Assembly (NCBI GenBank): GCA_973895155.1
Contig: OZ316893.1
Span: forward strand, 13,532,359 to 13,596,358
DNA: 64,000 nucleotides
Origin: Marsupella aquatica
Lineage: Eukaryota; Plantae; Marchantiophyta
Direction of reading: 5' to 3'
Part shown: positions 48,937-62,764 of the stretch, one piece after another
How positions within the stretch are numbered: the first letter of the stretch is position 1
Layout of the letters: every line of letters starts with the position of its first letter
Program-made: the position numbers and the translations under genes
Notes under the pieces: model-generated
Databases searched by the model: none
The model's input: the letters and a program-made list of their open reading frames with translations, nothing else
What the model was told of the DNA's origin: nothing

Positions 48937-51900
48937 TCATTCTGTAGAAGTCTTTTGCGGTCTGTGCTGACTATCTAAAACATAATTAAGTAGGTGACCT
49001 GCATGCGACTTCAATACAGCCAGATCTTGGTGCAGAGTCTGTAGTCGAGTCTCTGCCATTATTATTTCTTCCTTCACGTGGCGAGCCCTTTGCTCCAACC
49101 ATGCAAGGGCCTCATCACCTTTGGACCCACCAAAACAAGACCCTGGTGACATTTGATTATTTGAGTAGCCCACTCCAACGTACTGAACCTTCTGTGGTCT
49201 GGCCAAAGCAATCATGATGCCAATCTGCACAAGACGATGGTGTAAATCAGTTCAAAACATGTTCTGGTATTGAAGATCCTCATGGTATACGCAAAGCTGG
49301 GCACTGTGACTCCCTGTCTCTACATAATCACATCACTACCCCTTCATCTCCTCTTCATCATGACAGTTTGTTGCAAACAAGAAACAGTGATTTCCAAAGT
49401 ACCTGCATCAGCACGATGATGATGCCTATCAAAATGAAGCAAACAAGCTGCAGCTGTTTATTCGCTCTGAAATCCATGTTGTAACTCTTGTCCCAAATCT
49501 TCTGTGAGGTCAATAATAAAGTTTCAATGAGTGCCGAGCCTTTCTTCTTCCAACGGTGGTTACGAAGTACTTCTTTGATCCTCGAACCTCGTGATCCTTC
49601 GACCTTAATGGATGTCTTCATTAAAGGATGCTCATCCTGTATTCTCCGCCCAGGCTGCTCAACTTCCGCTACAACTGGGTCGTCTGTTATAGATCAAGAG
49701 CAGACCTCGTCAGTACTCCTCAAATTGTGTTCAAGCATTGGTGAAGAAAGTGTAAACGGGACCACAATCGGCTTTGCCACTTTGGCTATCAACCAAAGTA
49801 CAACAACTATGAAACAGCGAAGAATCCCACCTCAGTAACCTGAGCTATATAATTTTAGAATCTTGCCCTACGAGCAGTTCCTTGTCTCTTAGGTTTGTAC
49901 TTACCAAGAGTGACCATTTCCCGAATATTTTCTCCAGTACCTGCACTTGGCGCAGTGGGTGTACTGTCAGCCGTTCTAGTATCAACAGCCAATGCCCGGA
50001 TCTCTTGTAATACGGAATGAGCCTGCAGTTTCAAACTGTCGTTCATCAGCATCATTCACTACTCCCAGGCATTCAATTTCGTTGTTCTGGGATAGCTCAG
50101 ATGAAAAATCTTTACATATCAAGTTAAGTACATTTATCTTGAAAGCGAGTACGAAATTGACCTCGAGGACTATACTGCGTAACTTCTCCCTTGTCTTAAA
50201 CGGTTCATTGAAAGAAGTCACACGACGAGCTGATATATAATATTGCAATGTGTACTGACCGACCTCTTGGATCCATGTTGTATAAGCTTCTTTACTTTCG
50301 TCATGTGCTCCTTGTTCGATTTTGCCTGTTCAGAAATAGAACCCCATCAGACAAAGCGCATCCTAGCTTCCTGGTCTTGTGGAATCACAAAAGTCACGCC
50401 ACTGAGTACAAAGATTATCCCCAAAAATTGGAGATAGAATCTCATCAGAGAGGACCAGTCCTCGCATTTGGGCGACGGGGAATTCCAAAAGTTATGTCAA
50501 TTGAATGAAGAGCTTATTTTCGCACAACATTTATCTTATTTCCTAGTCTCTTAGAATTCTGTGAAACGTTCTAATCGCAGAATGCAAAACCGCCCCCCAT
50601 CAATTTCCCAAATGTAACGGATGAGGAATCCTGCCGAACGAAGTCACAGCTATCTTCCAATGATTATCACTTTCTCACTTTCGGCTACGAAGTAGTCTAT
50701 TGACCACCAATAATTCACCTTTCCAAAGAGTCTTCTTCAGAAAATTAACACCGAGAGAAACGCGTACAAAGCAATGGTAACTTCCTTTACCACACAACCG
50801 CTCCACATCCCATCGAACCTGAAGAAAACATCCAGGCCCCGTGAGCAGAATTGTCTTCAGTAACCATAACCAAAACTATACATAAAATTCCCATTGATTC
50901 TACTTTATCACTTACAATTTAACTTGGACCTCACTCCTCCCGTCAGAATTGTTGTCTCACATAGCTATGCTAATCTCATAACAGAAAGGCTGCTGTTCTG
51001 CTATTATTAGCTCCTTACGACTTAAAAATTATTGAGCAGAAAAGGGGACAAAAAAACTCCTCGAATTCTATTCTGACAAACTCCCTTGGTACGCAAAGTC
51101 TGTGAGTACAGAAAACCGAAAGTAGGTCGCGCTACTTTTCACAATTGGAATCAGTTACTAAAGATGGCATTCGCACTGGCATACTAAAATCACCCACACG
51201 TACCTCAACACGAAAATAGTCTCCATAAGGAATATCTGTCATTTGCTGAGAAGTCTCCAGCACAAGGTGGCTGCCAAAAGCTGTGTCAGATAATTTCTGA
51301 ACAATCCACCAAATGGAACGACAGCATTGGTTTCGAAATAAACCAAAGTAAACTGGGAAGAGAGGCGAATGACAGAATATGTTTGGAAACCGTGCAGATA
51401 TGGACAAGAGATTACCTGTTCCGATAGACTCGAAATCGCTGGGACTCGTGACAATAGGTTGACTTTGGTCCTGCAGAACAATAAATTACAGTTCGAACTT
51501 AATATCATCAAAGAGAAGCTCATACCCATTCAAAACTTCAACACCTACTTAGATTAGCAAAATAAACATCAAGACAAGAACCTCGTCCAACAAACTCACC
51601 GAAATACAAGTTGATAGGATGTCGAAATGATATGTCCCGAGCATGTCCGAAATGCCGGTGCTTTGCCCATTGAGTACACCGAAAATCTGCCACCAAACAA
51701 TATGAATACAGTTTGAGATCACGACGGACACTTCTTCACACTAGCAAATCGCTTGAATACAAAAGGCCGCAAATTCCAGGGAAAGCGTGCACCCGGATTG
51801 ATGTGTTGTTAATGGAATTTTAAATTAAAAAACTCATATTTATAAAAAAATGAGAGAAAAGTTCGACATTATACTTGTGGTGACATGGATTCGGTACAGG

Positions 51901-54900
51901 TCTTGTGCAAGGTTTCAGTTTCCTCTTTCCTCTGTCCAATTAGCTACTAACAATGACGGTTCATACAACTCAAGCCAGGGGGCCCTTCAAAACTACACCA
52001 ACAATCCTTCCAATTTCTTCCGAGTAGAGAAGATGCAACTGAGTGACACATTGTGATGTATTTACACAATCTCATTACTGAGCGAGGCGTAAAGTACTTC
52101 CATGCGGATTACCACATTGAAATTGTCTCCAGATTGTCTCCAAAAAACACATTGGACATTCTCAATCTGATTCCAGAGAACAAAAGAAAGGATCGCCTAC
52201 CATCATCTCCACATTTCGTATGAAATCCCTTGAAAAACCCAACCGCATCATCTGAAAAGAATAGCTGAAAAAATTCCTCGACATCGACCTGCAAATGTAA
52301 CACGCTTCCATGTCAAGACAGGAGGCCCAAAGAGACAGGACTACAGTTTCATACCACGAAAATTTATCTCTAATGAAATGTATACCCATGTGGTATTGAC
52401 ATGTACTTACAGCAAGTTCGGATTCCACCAACGTCTTGTATCCATCAGGCACTGTTTACATGACATTTGCGGCACAATTCACAAAATTCTTGTTAATACA
52501 AAATGTCCGCTGTTTGAAGAGAAGCAAGTCAGTAGTGTCAATCCAACCACAGTTGTCAACTACCATTCTTTGCAAAATCCACGAGAGATTGACAGCTGAG
52601 AGAAAGTTTCCCACTCTACGCCTTGTGCAAATATCTGAAAAAGGAGCGGGAATTTTGGAACAAAGACAAACATTGACTACTCAGATAAGAGAATAGCTAC
52701 CGATAGCCGTGAATTGGCTACAGCTTCGCCATGTACAAAATGTCATTCCGAGAAATTTATTTGCCTACCTGTTGGCTAGGAATGAGACTAATTCTGGAAA
52801 TTGTGTGATCATGAGTGTCCGGAAAGCATCCTAAATTTATCAAACTCGAACTGGGGAAATCCCAGGAGCCCCACTTTATGGAAATTAACTCTGGAGGCGC
52901 TGAGAACTTACTTCCAGGCGCGTCCGAGTCCTCAGGCTCCCAAAGAGGAGAAACTGACGTTGTGGAAGTGCTAGAGCTTTCGTTGACGCTCAGTCTTTCA
53001 TCGGTAACACCCTCTGCGGAGGTTTCGAGATCTCCTGCTTCAGTCGGTTCTTCCACAGTTACTACATCTCTTACTTCGTCGGATGAAGGCGGCGCTACGA
53101 GATTGGGAATCTCTTCCATAGTCCTGTGTTACAGAGACCACAGGAATTCATTACGAATCGCCCGAAAACGTAGAAATTCTTGCGACAAAGTCGGAATAAC
53201 GACCGACTCTCGCATTATCAACGAAACTCAGTCTTTGCACGAAGGCTATATGTCAACGGGGATCGCGTACCTAGGAGTGTACGTTTCCTCCGGTTGAATG
53301 CTGGCTGCCCTTTGTGGGCTTCGCCAAGACGAAGAGAGTCCTCCAGAATCTATCGAATTGCGACCTTGAGATGGAGGACTCTGTAGCACACACACAGCAA
53401 CAGTCAGGTCGGCGTGAGGATTGTTTGTTTCTAGAGCCGGGACACTGATCATAGTTGCGAAATTATACAGTTTCTTCGCAACGGAACCGTTGGTGGCGGA
53501 TGGACGCCAATCCACAAAATGATAATAACAGGAATTGTCACTGTCAAATGCGACAAACAGAGGAGAATCAATGTCTCGTACCGACATAGGCGAATAGTGA
53601 GAACCCAGAAAATTCCGCGCATAACCGCTGTGCTGAGACCACCCATTGATGATCAGACGATAAGCTTCGTCGCGGGAGAGGAAGGAAGCAAAAAAGTGCT
53701 GCAAAAAACACAAACACCCATTTGATTCGGAACGTTTCCCATCATCATCATCATCCTTGTTCGAAATCATGTGTGCACGAACAAGACTCTGCTGCTGCTG
53801 GACTCCTCGTCTTCCCGGAAAATCATCAGTCCACCAAAACGACACACGAACTCGTCTTCGTCTTCGTCCAAATCACATAAGCATCACAGAGGATCACCAC
53901 ATTCGGCCGGCGAGCGAACATTCATGCACGCGATTGGTTGTACGAGTTGGCAACTGGTCTACCAATCTGCTGCACTGCTGCTGATCAACGACAACTACAG
54001 GTACAGCAAAGGATCGGAAAATCATGCGTAATTCTTTGCTAAGAGAGCAACGAGCCCCGTACGTTCCAACAACAAGCCCCCACTCCCTACGTCCCAACGA
54101 CAAGACAGTCCGAACTCCCCAGGTCCCAACGTTCAGTGAACTAGTCGGCTGATGACGCGCAAGACGACGTCACGGTCCGAGCCCGACCGAACGCGCACAG
54201 CGGCTGCTGGAGTGCAGCGAGCATCTGGTTTGCGTTGCAGAGAGTGGTCCCTGTCGGACCTCATCGGTAACAAAGAAAACGGGACAAAAACGTGACTACT
54301 AACATGAAGAATAGGGACCATACGAGTGAGGACTTTTTACTCATAAAGCGTCCAGGGAAACACCCGATTACTGCGGTAGTTCAAGTACAGAGTAAGTTGG
54401 GGGACTAGGGAAGTAGGGAGTAGTTCACACAGACCTTTTTGCCCCAACTTGTGATCTCAATGGCATTAGGGAAGACTCCAGCGGTCTTGGCCTTGCGAAC
54501 GCAAGTTATGTCCTTCAGCGGGATCACTTTCTGCACAGAATGATGCCAAACCCCATAACATAGCTGTTGTCAAAACATCGGAACGTCTGCTTTACTTTGT
54601 GTATGCTCTTTCTCTTCATGTAAATTACAGCACGTGATTATTTTCACGGCAACCGACAATGTACTGCAATTGTGGGTGACATTATTGATCGTTAGCGTGT
54701 AACACGAAGCAGCTGACAAGAAGCGCCATGACAGAGTTGTCACATAACTTAAAGTAAAGTAATCGGCTGGAGACTACTTGCTACTTTACGCACCTTCTTT
54801 TCATAGCCAAAAATGTTGGAGTAGAAACACACGTACCGCTCGAACAGATACATGTGACCCTGGAATTATTGAAGACAGCTGTTAAGGTGGATGGCATAGC

Positions 54901-57900
54901 ATGCTCAGGATGAGACCGTAGCTACGGTGCTGATGTACCAGTAGAATGTTGTAGACAGAGACAGAAACTTGCAATTCAGACTGAGAGGACAATCCCATCT
55001 ATGTGTACTTTCCTTGTAATGACAGCGCGTCAAAATATGAGATATTCCGTGTATGACATCACTCCATACCATGATAACCCTCATGATAACCCTCATTGTT
55101 TATTTTAAATCAGTGAGTGCACACCGTATATTACATATTACAAACATATGTGTGATTAACGCGCAGGGATGACAGCATGGTCAAAGCGCATTCTAGTTCT
55201 AACCGGAAAAAGATGTGCCCACAAACCTGGAGGAGTATCTTTTTCTGTAGTGCACAGTTGAAATCTTCAACCAAAGCCTGCAAAAGCAACAAAAATGAAC
55301 CTGCCTCATCAGCGGCATTGACATATCCGTGAGGATGCAGTGATCTAAGCAGTCAATCCTGATTAGAGTGGTAACAACCTAGCACTGTCACAAGCAAACT
55401 AAGATCGGTGGCGGACAAATATCCACCACCCAACCGATAGTGTCTAGAAGTATAGATTTCTTGGTCTCCTCTTTTCCTAACCGTATACAAACAATATGGC
55501 GAATTTGGTAGATTAATTTGGTAAATTCTTTGCGAACATCTTGGTATGTCTTTGGTGAATCAGGTCTTATAGATTCATGGTGAATTTGGTCAATGCTTTG
55601 TCAGAGTAAAGAAGCTTTGCAATCGTGGACACGTACCTCCTCGGGAGGCAAGTGGAAGAGCTGCCTGTACTCCTCACTCTTCACGTAAGTGCGTGAACTT
55701 TGTGATGCCTGCAGCCGCAGAAGAGCTTGCGTGAGCGAGTTGAAGTCACTATCCTTACAAAAATATTATCTCAATTGCCTAATTTGAATCTTTTAACAAT
55801 GCGTTCGTGGGGACTCCACGTACTTGCCCACTTGCTGAACCAGAAAGTCAGTCCTCACAAAACTCGAACTAAGTTGAGGGGGAAAAACTGTTCATCGATG
55901 GTGATTCGGAAAGCGTCCATGGCTACTGAACCAGAACACTATGGTTTTAAGAAAAGGCTGTCCTCAATTCAGACAATCTGACCACATCACAGGTTAACGA
56001 CAGCTGCCAGATCCCAACCTCTCATCACTCCATCTCTCATTGTGGGCCAGGCTATAAAGGCCATTGCAGCGATGGTAGGCACGCAAGTTTGGCCAGCGGT
56101 AGAAAAGCAGTATCGACACTCATCCATAGTGATTCCTTAACAGGTCAGTGATCGTCAGACAATCCCTCGAAAACGAACAAGGCTTGGCTTTCCTCCCCCG
56201 TACTTCCAATTGCCACTAGTGGTGCTTTTTCTGTTGCTGTCTCTCTGGTCTTCGCATCCGAAGTGTCATTGACCTCCAGTCTTGACAGAAAACTCTCCGA
56301 GAAGTTCCCTGACCTGTATAATATCGCACACATCTCACTGGTCCATGGCAGTCGCCTTTAACCCTCCATCCGAATGCATGATTGAGAAAACCCTAAGGGT
56401 CAATCCTGCCCTCGCCTTAGGTAACCACCCCTGATCTTGGAAAACAACCGGGAAATTCCTTGCTGCCATCCTCCTTGATATTCTTACTATCCTTAAGTAC
56501 AATCCAGCTGTTGCTCTAAAAACAGACCCTAGCTGTACCGACGTGAGAGTCTCGCGTCTACCATCAATGCTCTAATTGCGGCATGATACATTTGCTACAT
56601 TGCCAACCCAGCTAATCAATCTCCGCAACAATTGAATACCTCCGCACCAATTCAGCCTTACCTCTTACACGCAAGAGCTTCCTGATTCTTGTATGTCACC
56701 AATTAAGCACCGGAATTTGCCTCAAGGGTATGTTCTTGCCTATTGAGTTTCTATTTCTCCATAAAATGCATACTTCTTCGCCAAAGGGCCTTGATTCATC
56801 TGCGCTTGTGAAAGACAGACCTTTCTACTCCGCAGAGCCAGAAAACACTGGTAACGTGCAAATGGCCTCCCTTCGTGAGAACTTCAGTAGCGTACTAGAC
56901 TCACTGGTATGTGCTGGAAGCCTCTAAGGGAGACACATTAAACCCTTCCATGGAGGTCATCGCGTGACAGCTCACATTCCCAGAGCAAATTATTCATTGA
57001 CACCATAACGTGATGCTGTCTTCAAGGCCTCATGAATAATTAACTCACCGGAGTGCTTTGCTTCCGGCTCCTCCCTGTTCCATCTCACCATACAACACTG
57101 TTTTCGACCGTAATGGCCAGACCTCTCTCGAGTGAAAGTTTCTAGATTCGAAGTAAACTGACCCGTTAAGAACAACTGTAGCTCACATTGTCATTTGAGA
57201 GCTTAAACAATGAGATCACCCACGACGTGCAATCTTGCGAGAAGCATGTGTAAACAGAAGCAATGCCGCTCCCTTGACGATAACTACAAAGATAATAAAT
57301 TTAGGAACAACTGTGCCCAACGGTGCTTATGAAGCCAAGTAGCGTTCGCTAAGGTAATTGCGTTCATAACGCCAACTTGTGGGCAGTAAGGACAACGCGT
57401 GACTATCTATCTAACTCAACATGACGAACGAGAATTGGAAGGCCAAAGATTGAATTCCCGATAAATATTGACTTCCATTCGCGACATGGATAATTTGTTC
57501 ATTTTAATAGCATCGCTTGTGACGAGGCAGAAAAGGTGCACAGACAGACATTCTACAACATTGCAAATTCTCGTGTCACAAAATTGTCACGAAACCGAGC
57601 AAAATGCATTGGGATCTCAAGACTTACAAAGACTGAACAGCTAGACAATTCAGGTTGGCCAAGATTTCTCACCTCCAGCCTGGAATCGCTCCGCTGAGTA
57701 TCGGATTTCTCCGATCTGTCAGATTTATTGCCATCGCTGAACACCTCATTCTTCACAAGCTCGGGACCGGGACTCGCGCCAGGAGAGTTGGAGTTAGGTT
57801 GAGAAGAACGACCGGTGGGAGACGCCTCTAAGGCAGGAACATGAATAGGAGTGGTGGCAAGAGGCGCGGGTTTTGGGGACGATGCACCGGACGTTGGCGC

Positions 57901-58212
57901 AGAAGAATCCGGTCTATCCATGAAGTACTGTACGAAGCCAAACAATCCTGAGTTCTTCAGTCCATTGTTGCTGCTCTCCATAAGCTGTCCCAGTCTCCCT
58001 TCTGCTCCTCCTCCTCCTCCCCCTCCCCCTCCCCCTTCTCCTGGCGGTGTTGCTCCTCCCTCTTTGCGTTTCGATTCTTGTCTCGTGAGTTTCGAGTCCT
58101 GCCTACTGAGTTTCGAATCCTGCCTGGTAACCACCTGAGGCCCCGGGCTCGAACTATTGTCACCATCTGACGTTACTGACCGACTCTCCGTGACCTCCCC
58201 GTCTGTAGGCAT
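48937..58212 (-). CDS. VAD1: GRAM + VASt domain TM protein (VASCULAR ASSOCIATED DEATH 1-like sterol-transfer/contact-site protein)
   Basis: About 18 GT-AG exons, including 58212-57673, 55708-55637 (KSEEYRQLFHLP), 55277-55227 (EDFNCALQKKILLQ), 54859-54794 (GHMYLFERYVCFYSNIFG), 54530-54435 (KAKTAGVFPNAIEI), 53698-53582 (FFASFLSRDEAY). VASt exons lie at ~52450-50260 (FFQLFFSDD, FRHP, TDIPYGDYFRVE, KKTLWKGKIEQ), TM exon ~49683-49403, coiled-coil last exon ~49224-48937. Confidence 0.94.
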
Positions 58213-59619
58213 AATAATATTCCAACCCAGAGAAAAGCTCGCAATTCGTGCCTTTCTTCCCTTGTTTCACAATCTGTTCAGACAGTCAATTATCCGCGCT
58301 CTTCTAAACTCAGCGACCTCCCGGTCTGGAAACGACTCTCCAATCAGAAGACAAGGCTCAAAACAAATCTTGCCCGTCTCCCTTCCGTCCTTCGTTTCTT
58401 TCATTCATACTCTGTTCAGCCAATCAGTCATCGCCTTCCCGAACACTAATCGAACGTTCCACACAAACGGACTCCGGAAGATGTCTACCAGTGCACTGTT
58501 GGACATACTCGAGGACGGGGACAGTAATACTCCAAGAAATGCACCACCACGAAAGCAAGCAGGCATTCCTCCAACTCCAACTAGTAGACGCAGCAGCCCG
58601 GTCCGATTGGGGATCCCACACTCTTGCTCTGCTGCGAACGAGCCCAACTGACGCACAGAATACGTTGGTCAGCACAGAATCTGCCTCCTCTCATCAGACC
58701 AAACGACTGGCCCAAAACCCACATCATTCTCCACATACGGTATCATTGAGCAGAAGAGGATCCCAAATGCCACGCTCCTTCATTAATTTTCTGTTTTCTT
58801 CTGCAGAAGTGGAATCAAGCCATCACTCAATGATCATGGAGTACTCGGAAAACTGAAAAGCAAAGAAACAGTGGAATAAATAATAAATCAGCCCCTTCAA
58901 TCAATGATCATGGAGCTCTCTACTGAAACCTGAAAAGGAAGGAAGCTGCTGCTGCTGCTGCTGCTCTGAGGAAGTAGTCATCATGACTCACAACCTGACT
59001 TTCATCGAAGGGGCAGCAGGATTGCAGGAGGCGGGGGACCTGGTGGGCTGGTGGAGTGGTGGTGGCTGCGATGCACACGGGAGCCCATTAATTTGTCATC
59101 TTCTTGGCTCCGTCATCGACTCATCGCCCTCCGGTTCATTATTGCGCCTCTAAAGTCGTCGTCGTCACTACTTTACTATTCATCACCCTGTCACCATGGC
59201 GAGTGGCAGACAGATCCCGAGGCCTAGAAAAAAGCCTACTCTTACTAGTTACAGAATACAGAGCCCCTCCCTCTCCTTCGATCTTCAATGTGCCAAAGAA
59301 CCATAGCCATCGCATCTTCTTCGCCTCTTGGGTCTTTACGGGCTGCTGCCATCATCAATCGCCTCAATAATCAATCAATGACGAATCAATCCGTCAATCG
59401 TCAATAATCGTCAATCAATCAATGAGATCGTTGGCCGAACATTACCCTCTGCTTTGGGCCCGGGCTTTGGGGAAACGAACGACTAGAGGAGTCCGATCGA
59501 GTGTATTTTTTAACGATTTTTTTTTCGTTTTCAGCAAGTGTGTCGAATGTAGCCTCTCTATAAGGAGGTGCCCCCTTTGCGCCGTTTTTCCTTTGCCTTT
59601 ATTTTTATTAATTTGCCTT

Positions 59620-59762
59620 TATTTTTATTAATTGGGTTGTTTTGCTTTGGGACCTTGTCTCCACATTTGGCGTTTTTGTTTTGAGTCATTTCCCCTTTCC
59701 CTTTATTTGGGTGGCTTTGCCTTTGTGACCTTGTCTCCAGGTTTGACATTTTTGTTTTTCTT
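59620..59762 (-). repeat. Dispersed repeat, inverted homolog of 41972-42050
   Basis: Reverse complement aaaaatgtcaaacctggagacaaggtcacaaaggcaaagccacccaaataaagggaaag matches aaaaatgtcacactgggagacatggtcccaaaggcaaagcaacccaataaagggaaag at ~41977. Confidence 0.75.
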
Positions 59763-60813
59763 CACTCTATAAGATACGAGCCCCTGTGTCCACTGCACAA
59801 GGAGGGCAGGCCCATAGGGAGTCTGGCCGGGGTATTTATGGGGCAGTGTGGGGAGGCACATATGCGTCAGGGGTGCCCATTTTCTCCATCAATGGTCCCA
59901 AAAAACAGTTAAACTAATCCAACCACTGTGTATCTTTCCAACCCAGGAGCCTTTTTGTATTGGGACGAAGTACCAAAAAATGAGGGATCCCTTATTATAA
60001 TTATATATATATATATATATATCTAAGGAAGGGATGTTGAGAATATTCTTGATCATTTTTTCCTGAATTATATCCTGACCTCATTTATCTCTAGATTTAC
60101 AGATGACCATTAAAATTTGCCGAATGGGGTTTAAGTCACACAAGAATGTTTTACTGACAAGTACTTAAAAGTTGCTTTATCACGAAATGTTCTTCTAAAT
60201 ATATATCTGGTTGTCAATCTGTGATGTCGTCCAATTATCTGGACACTGCTTCTTCCAGTGAATATGCACTTAGGCCTAGTTCACTGTCCTACTATTGTAA
60301 TGTGTGTATTTTCAGTTTTCGTCGCCCTCAGGCCTCAACTCCACTTCGTCGTCCATCCTTCCTTTTCTTTCGTTTCTCCCGTCCGTGAGAAGTTTGCATT
60401 TCCCGATGCCCGGAGGAAAATATAATTCCGTGGGGCCGCCGCCCTTTTTACCGGGATTCTCCCTTTAGCGGGGTGCTGCTCTCCGAGTTTCCCGGAACTC
60501 GCGGTATAGAAATCCGTCGATACGCGACGGTATGTTTTAGACGGTATTCGTCTTTTGGTCGCACGATAATTCTCGCGGTTTTAAATAATGATTCTTTGTC
60601 TTTCTTTTCAAGGGTCCGCCTACTTTAGTTTTTCTTGTCCCCATTTTGTCCTTTGTCGGCAGGCAAGAACTGATGGGGAGCCCCAACTCCCCCAAGTCGA
60701 TGGGGAGCAGCGTTTTTTCTGGTGGCGAAAATTCGACATATTACACTTCCCCAAAAAAGCTTTTGCCATTTTTGGCTGTAGTAGTTTGTTGTCTCATTAG
60801 CTAGTGTCCCGGT

Positions 60814-61278
60814 CCCACTAGCCAGAATCTAACGGTAATCCTAAAATCTATGGATATCAAGAAAATACTCCCATAGGGAATATTTTGAGCTTCTTCTCCT
60901 TCACATAACATTCCCCACTCTGGTTAAAAAATAAAAACCTTAAAAAATATAATTAAGGTTAAAATACACTGATGGGGAGCCCCGGGACTGGGAGGGAATC
61001 ATGGAATATTATTACCCAATAATGCACAAAAGGGGAAGCCTAAATGGGGGCTCTCAAAAATAGGGACGCCAAGTCCCACGGGCCAGGCTGGGGTAGGGAG
61101 TACGATCACTCCTTTTGACACCCCCTGTGCAGCGTATTTTTAAGGTTCTTTGGTTTTATCCAGTGGCAAATGTCAGCCTCTAAAAGAGGAGATGCTAGGA
61201 ATAATCAGTTTTTCAATTATATCCTGACCGTCAGATATCTATAGATTTACAAACTACCATTAGATTCTGGCTAGTGGG
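60814..61278. mobile_element. MITE-like element with ~45 bp terminal inverted repeats
   Basis: cccactagccagaatctaacggtaatcctaaaatctatggatatc (60814-60858) is the inverted copy of 61234-61278; a third, more decayed copy lies at ~60066-60130. No TSD resolved. Confidence 0.65.
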
Positions 61279-61607
61279 GTCCATGATTTCGTGTGAAAGT
61301 GGCATAGAAGAATCTAGCAAATTTTAGCCAAAAGTGGCTAACACTTTTGGGGGGTGGTATCTGGCAAAACTTTGCATCTAAAAAATAAGTTGCCCCGTGG
61401 CCTAAAAATATATATCTTATTTTAAGGTGTATACAATATATAAAATATATGAGTTTGGGACTTGAGAACCAATGAGAATGGCCTGCAGTGTTACTTATAG
61501 GCCAGGGAGTACCTTTGGAGTTCAACAGGGAGTGTGAAGGAAAATCATACTCCCTACTACAATAGTTGTACACTTTGTCTCACGTATGTACTCCTCATTC
61601 TCAGCCC

Positions 61608-62328
61608 ATGGAACCTAGTCCTTTAAATAGGGGGTCTCAGTTCACTCACGCCAGTCAAAACAATCATAGGAAATAGTTGGCTCCGGGTTTGAAAATGTAA
61701 TGACCAGGATTTTGGAATTCTTGCACTTTTGGGGGACGTTGGTTTGGAGCTTGTACCAGGTAGCTCGTAAATGTCCTCATGCTCATCTTTGAGGATCCCT
61801 ACCTGACGGCGAGATCATCTTTGGGACCTCCTAACATAGGCAAGCTCATTTTTTTTAATTAAATATTTTTCCTATGCATAGGCAAGCTCAATCTTATGTT
61901 GAGCATAGACGACATTTGCAACGGCAAGCTCATGAACCATCCAACGCACAATAGTCGACACAGAGAGATACATGGTTCACCTCCACATGAGACTACGTCC
62001 ACGGGAACACACAAGAGCTTTATTGCACTCTAGGCCGACTGGCCATACCAAGCATGCACAGCACAAGCTCTCCCTATCTCTCAACTAGCTCTGTAACAAT
62101 GAGCCTAAGTTCCACCAGGGTCTAGCATCAGCCCTGGCTATATGCGCAACAGCACTAGCGCTAACATTAGCTAAGTCCTAACCCGAGTTAGACTAACTGT
62201 GGTTAGCTCATGAGTCACAAGACTAGAGCAATATCTAACATCCTGGTCATTACATTTTTGGACTGGGAGCCAACTATTTCCTATGATTGTTTTGACTGGC
62301 GTTAGTGAACTGAGCGACTAGGTCCATA
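61608..62328. mobile_element. Non-autonomous TIR element (~75-100 bp inverted repeats) carrying a nested solo LTR
   Basis: 61636-61709 ctcagttcactcacgccagtcaaaacaatcataggaaatagttggctcc...aaaatgtaatgaccagga is the reverse complement of 62241-62314; similarity extends outward to atgga(a)cctagtc. Confidence 0.8.
61897..62240 (-). mobile_element. Solo LTR, same family as 39428-39772, inverted
   Basis: Begins tgttgagcatagacgaca (reverse complement of the 3' end of the 39.4 kb copy), ends ctaaca; 344 bp; flanks TCTTA / TCCTG. Confidence 0.88.
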
Positions 62329-62764
62329 TTATTTTGCATTCGCGGCCAACCAAGAAAAGCTCACGACATGAGACAAAAATTTGAGCTTTTGCTTTCTCAT
62401 TGAGAGACAAGAATGATGAACGTACGCTAGGAACAAACCTATTGATTGCAGCATAAAAAACAATCAACATTGGGAATGCAATCTGAGACAATTAGGCATC
62501 TATAGACTACAAGTGTGAGACAGGACAAGGGTGAGGCAAGGCATTGCAATTGACGGCAGTGCAAAGGTTGCTTGATCAATTTGCATCGCTTTTGGGTGGA
62601 CAAGCGAGAACACCTTACGGTGAGGCAGTACATTTTGCAGCATTTAGGGCGGACAAGAAGTTGAGACAAGAAGAAGCCATTGCAACTAACCTCCCTATTC
62701 ACCAATTTCAGGTAAGTTACTCACTCTTCTTATGGTTGTCTTATGTCATTTCCTTGTTAGTGTC

